A DNA stretch of 64,000 bases from Oscillospiraceae bacterium (GTDB lineage: Bacteria > Bacillota > Clostridia > Oscillospirales > CAG-382): positions 66-64,065 of the forward strand of contig SVQU01000009.1 in assembly GCA_015065165.1 (NCBI GenBank), written 5' to 3'. The notes under the pieces are model-generated. The model saw only the letters and a list, made by a program, of their open reading frames with translations. It was not told where the DNA came from and ran no database searches. Made by a program: the position numbers and the translations under genes. Shown here in pieces: positions 61,139-64,000 of the stretch. The first letter of the stretch is position 1, and every line of letters starts with the position of its first letter.

Positions 61139-64000
61139 ATGAAGAAGATTATTTCTATTCTTCTTGTTATAGCAATGCTTTCTACCATGTTCACAGCATT
61201 CGTATTTCCCGTTGCTGCGGCAGGTCAGTCTCTTGCTATTAACGCGATCAACCCTTCTGCGATGGCTCCCGGTATTTCTGCAATTTATACGCAGGCATAC
61301 ACCATCGACGGTTATCAGGAAAACGTGGCGTTTTCTCCCGTTTCCGGTAACACCTTTAAAGTAACCGCAAAATCCGGCTACAGCTGGGACGAAACTCAGG
61401 GCGATATTCTCTCCCAAGCACTCGCAATTCCTGCGGGCGGTTTCGTTTGGTCTGTACAGTGGTCCAGCGATTACTCTCTTGACGATGCAATTAAGTTTGC
61501 AAAGTCTTTGGTTGTTGGCGATACCTTTGAGGTTAGCGGCCTCGATATCGCAAACGGCACTTACACCGACGTAGTTCTTACTGCTGTTGCTGCTGACGGC
61601 GGTTATGACACCACCAACAACGTAGCACGCGGCAAAACATATGATGCTGTAGGTTACGGCGGATACACCGCAAACCTTACCGACGGTGTAGCTGCAAGCG
61701 AGCTTACTTATGACAACAATTGGTTTGCTTTCTATAACAACCCCGGCAACGAAGGCATAAACGCTCCCGACGGCGTTGGTACTGTTACCATCGACTTGGG
61801 CGCAGATTATGACCTCAGCGCTGTTAAGGTTAACACCTTTGTTGGCAGCGAATCCGGTATTGTTAAGCCCACCAAGATGGAAGCGTTCGTTGCATCCGCA
61901 ACCGGCGATTTCGTATCTGTTGGTGAATTGGCTTATACCGACAACGGCACCAACGTTCAGTGGGGTGTTGTAAACACCACCGCAAAGAGCGTTCGTTACG
62001 TTAAGGTTGCAGTTACTCTCAACGGCACCTTCGCGTTCATTAACGAAATTGCTGTTATCGGCGAAAAAGCTGCTAACGATACTTATGACACCACCGGCAA
62101 CGTGGCTCTCGGAGCAACTTACGATGCTAAGGGTTATAAGTCCAGCGGCGAATGGCCTTCTGAATATAACGCAAACCTTACCGACGGTAAGGCTGCACAG
62201 GCTCTTTCCTATGATAACAACTGGTTCGGCTTCTGCAAAACCGATGCAGGCGACAACGGTCTTAACGCTCCCGATGGCGTTGGTACCGTAACTCTCGACC
62301 TCGGCAAGAAGTGCGACATCAACTCTATTAAGGTTAACACCTTTGTAGGTAACGAATCCGGTATTGTTGCTCCCGAAAAGATGACCGCTTATATCAGCGA
62401 CACCGCTGACGGCGAGTTCACCTCTCTCGGCGACCTCACTATCGGTACCGGCGCAAATAACGTTGCTTGGGCAACTCTTAACAAGACCGCTTCCGGTCGT
62501 TTCGTTAAGATCGAAGTTACTGTAACCGGCAGCTTCGCGTTCATCAACGAAATTGCAGTTTACGGCGAAGAATCCAAGGAAGTTTCTCCCGAGGATCTTA
62601 TGGGTACTCCCCATGCTAACCCCAACTTCACTATGGACATCACTGCTCCTTCCACCTACAAAGCAGGTGAAGAAGTTGTAGTTACCGTAACCGTTAACAA
62701 CGTTAACGCTTCTACCGGTCTTCAGCACGTACACGGTAAGCTCTATTTCGACCACAACCTCTTCGGCTTCGATGTAGCGCTTAAGGATAAGCAGGAACTT
62801 AAGAATACCTTCCAGGGTTATGAAGAATGGGAAGATATGACCAGACTTCGTACCGATGGTTCCATCTGGTGGGTAGAACTTGACGCTACCACCGCCGGTT
62901 ATGAAGATCCCGATAACCCCGGTTCTTACCTTATCTCTGATGTAACCGAGGACGGTCTTCTCGTATTTAACGTTAAGTTCATCGCTCTTGCCGATGCAAG
63001 CGACGATACTATCGTTTATATCTCCAACGTTACTACCGACGGCAAGAATAACGTATACGGCGACCACTATGCGATGGAAGAACCTTACACTCACACTCCT
63101 TACGTAGGTAACGGTTCTTACGCTACTATCGCATTCAATGCAGATAGCGGCAACGAATCCTCCGAAGTAGTATCTTCCGAGGTTGAATCCTCCGAAGTGG
63201 TTTCTTCTGAAATCGAATCCTCCGAAGTAGTATCTTCCGAAGTAGTATCTTCCGAAGTTGAATCTTCTGAAGTAGTATCTTCCGAAGTAGTATCTTCCGA
63301 GGTTGAATCCTCTGAAGTAGTATCCTCCGAGGTTGAATCCTCTGAAGTAGTTTCTTCCGAAGTTGAATCCTCCGAAGAATCCTCTACTCCCGAAGTTTCC
63401 GAACCCGAAATCACCGACGACAGACCTTTCATCCCCTCTACCCCTGCAGCAACTCCCGGTTACGATACCACCGGTAACGTAGCACTCGGTAAGTCTTATA
63501 ACGAACAGGGCTTTGGTGGCTACACTGCAGGTCTTACCGACGGTTTGGCTGTTCAGGAACTTACCTATGATAACAACTGGTTTGCATTCTGCACCACTGC
63601 AAACGAAAACGGTTATACCAACGCTCCCAACGGTGTAGGCTCTGTTGTTGTTGACCTTGCTAAGGTTTACGACATCAGCTCTATCAAGGTTAACGCTATC
63701 GTTGGCGAAAACGTTGACAGCTCCGGCATTTACGGTCCCGCAAAGATTACTGCTTATATCAGCAACACTCTTAACGGCACCTATAAGCTTCTTGGCGACC
63801 TCACCATCGGTGCAGGCACCAATAACGTAACCTGGGCAACTCTTGACAAGACCGCTTCCGGTCAGTTCGTTAAGCTCGAAGTTGCTCTTAACGGCACCTT
63901 CGCATTTATCAACGAAATCGTTGTAATCGGCGAAGAACCCGCAAGCGTCGATGACCTTATGGGTACACCTGTTGCTAACCCCAACTTCACCATGGACATC
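61139..64000 (+). CDS. scaffoldin-like secreted protein with repeated discoidin + cohesin-like modules (3' end outside window)
   Basis: This ORF is not in the supplied track because it has no stop in the window. My hand translation from ATG 61139 (AAAGGAA RBS) stays open to 64000 (>950 codons). It has signal peptide 'MKKIISILLVIAMLSTMFTAFVFPVAAA'. After a ~130-aa N-terminal region come discoidin-like modules starting about 61606, 62083 and 63463. Cohesin-like segments 'NPNFTMDITAPSTYKAGEEVVVTVTVNNVNA...LYFDHNLFGFDV' start about 62620 and again at 63980. A (SSEVV/SSEVE)n linker is present. It is paralogous to 50303-53542. Confidence 0.8.
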   Translation, partial: MKKIISILLVIAMLSTMFTAFVFPVAAAGQSLAINAINPSAMAPGISAIYTQAYTIDGYQENVAFSPVSGNTFKVTAKSGYSWDETQGDILSQALAIPAGGFVWSVQWSSDYSLDDAIKFAKSLVVGDTFEVSGLDIANGTYTDVVLTAVAADGGYDTTNNVARGKTYDAVGYGGYTANLTDGVAASELTYDNNWFAFYNNPGNEGINAPDGVGTVTIDLGADYDLSAVKVNTFVGSESGIVKPTKMEAFVASATGDFVSVGELAYTDNGTNVQWGVVNTTAKSVRYVKVAVTLNGTFAFINEIAVIGEKAANDTYDTTGNVALGATYDAKGYKSSGEWPSEYNANLTDGKAAQALSYDNNWFGFCKTDAGDNGLNAPDGVGTVTLDLGKKCDINSIKVNTFVGNESGIVAPEKMTAYISDTADGEFTSLGDLTIGTGANNVAWATLNKTASGRFVKIEVTVTGSFAFINEIAVYGEESKEVSPEDLMGTPHANPNFTMDITAPSTYKAGEEVVVTVTVNNVNASTGLQHVHGKLYFDHNLFGFDVALKDKQELKNTFQGYEEWEDMTRLRTDGSIWWVELDATTAGYEDPDNPGSYLISDVTEDGLLVFNVKFIALADASDDTIVYISNVTTDGKNNVYGDHYAMEEPYTHTPYVGNGSYATIAFNADSGNESSEVVSSEVESSEVVSSEIESSEVVSSEVVSSEVESSEVVSSEVVSSEVESSEVVSSEVESSEVVSSEVESSEESSTPEVSEPEITDDRPFIPSTPAATPGYDTTGNVALGKSYNEQGFGGYTAGLTDGLAVQELTYDNNWFAFCTTANENGYTNAPNGVGSVVVDLAKVYDISSIKVNAIVGENVDSSGIYGPAKITAYISNTLNGTYKLLGDLTIGAGTNNVTWATLDKTASGQFVKLEVALNGTFAFINEIVVIGEEPASVDDLMGTPVANPNFTMDI
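63155..63390 (+). repeat. in-frame 15-bp tandem repeat encoding (SSEVV/SSEVE)n linker, ~15 units
   Basis: TCCTCCGAAGTAGTA / TCTTCCGAGGTTGAA units read directly from the sequence. The 104-aa minus-strand ORF 63118-63432 ('TSEDSTSEDTT...') is its mirror image. Confidence 0.85.

Noticed and set aside
61079-63094. 671-aa minus-strand ORF
   Set aside because: It is antisense and codon-aligned to the plus-strand scaffoldin-like ORF that starts at 61139 with an RBS and signal peptide. The plus-strand product has clear repeated domains; the minus-strand product has none.
63118-63432. 104-aa minus-strand ORF 'TSEDSTSEDTTSED...'
   Set aside because: It is the mirror image of the SSEVV/SSEVE coding repeat on the plus strand.

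Overview
This window comes from an endospore-forming Clostridia-type chromosome. Evidence is spoIIE, a YaaH/SleL-like LysM-GH18 gene, and the Firmicute gene orders rny-ymdB and nadD-yqeK-rsfS-leuS. The species cannot be named from sequence alone.

From 0 to 46.9 kb the content is mostly housekeeping: tRNA-Gln, cinA/pncC, thiI with a cysteine desulfurase, RNase Y, RNase J, murA, a putP-like symporter, leuS/argS/glyQS, proBA, hom and maf. There is also an operon of two ABC exporters with an embedded DUF1854 gene.

One gene at 12.5-16.4 kb and all of 46.9-64 kb encode six large secreted multidomain proteins with dockerin repeats and/or cohesin-like modules:
- two paralogous ~1300-aa glycerophosphodiesterase (GDPD) proteins in inverted orientation
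- a phosphodiester-glycosidase (NAGPA/DUF2233-like) protein
- an SGNH esterase
- a discoidin-cohesin-like-LRR-dockerin protein
- a 3'-truncated scaffoldin-like protein built from repeated discoidin plus cohesin-like units

No glycoside hydrolase accompanies them. I therefore read this as a cellulosome-style assembly aimed at phosphodiester-linked polymers such as teichoic acids; this is a hypothesis.

The second main observation is a family of ~190-225-nt interspersed structured repeats (4 copies). Three helices show compensatory base changes, and every copy butts directly against a gene 3' end. Two copies are bracketed by long direct duplications of a dockerin ORF 3' end, one of them a perfect 59-bp repeat.

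Intergenic DNA also carries several smaller palindromic (REP-like) repeat families. Many very long ORFs in the supplied track are codon-aligned antisense artefacts of TTA/CTA/TCA codon avoidance and are rejected.

All domain calls are by-eye motif recognition; no searches were run.
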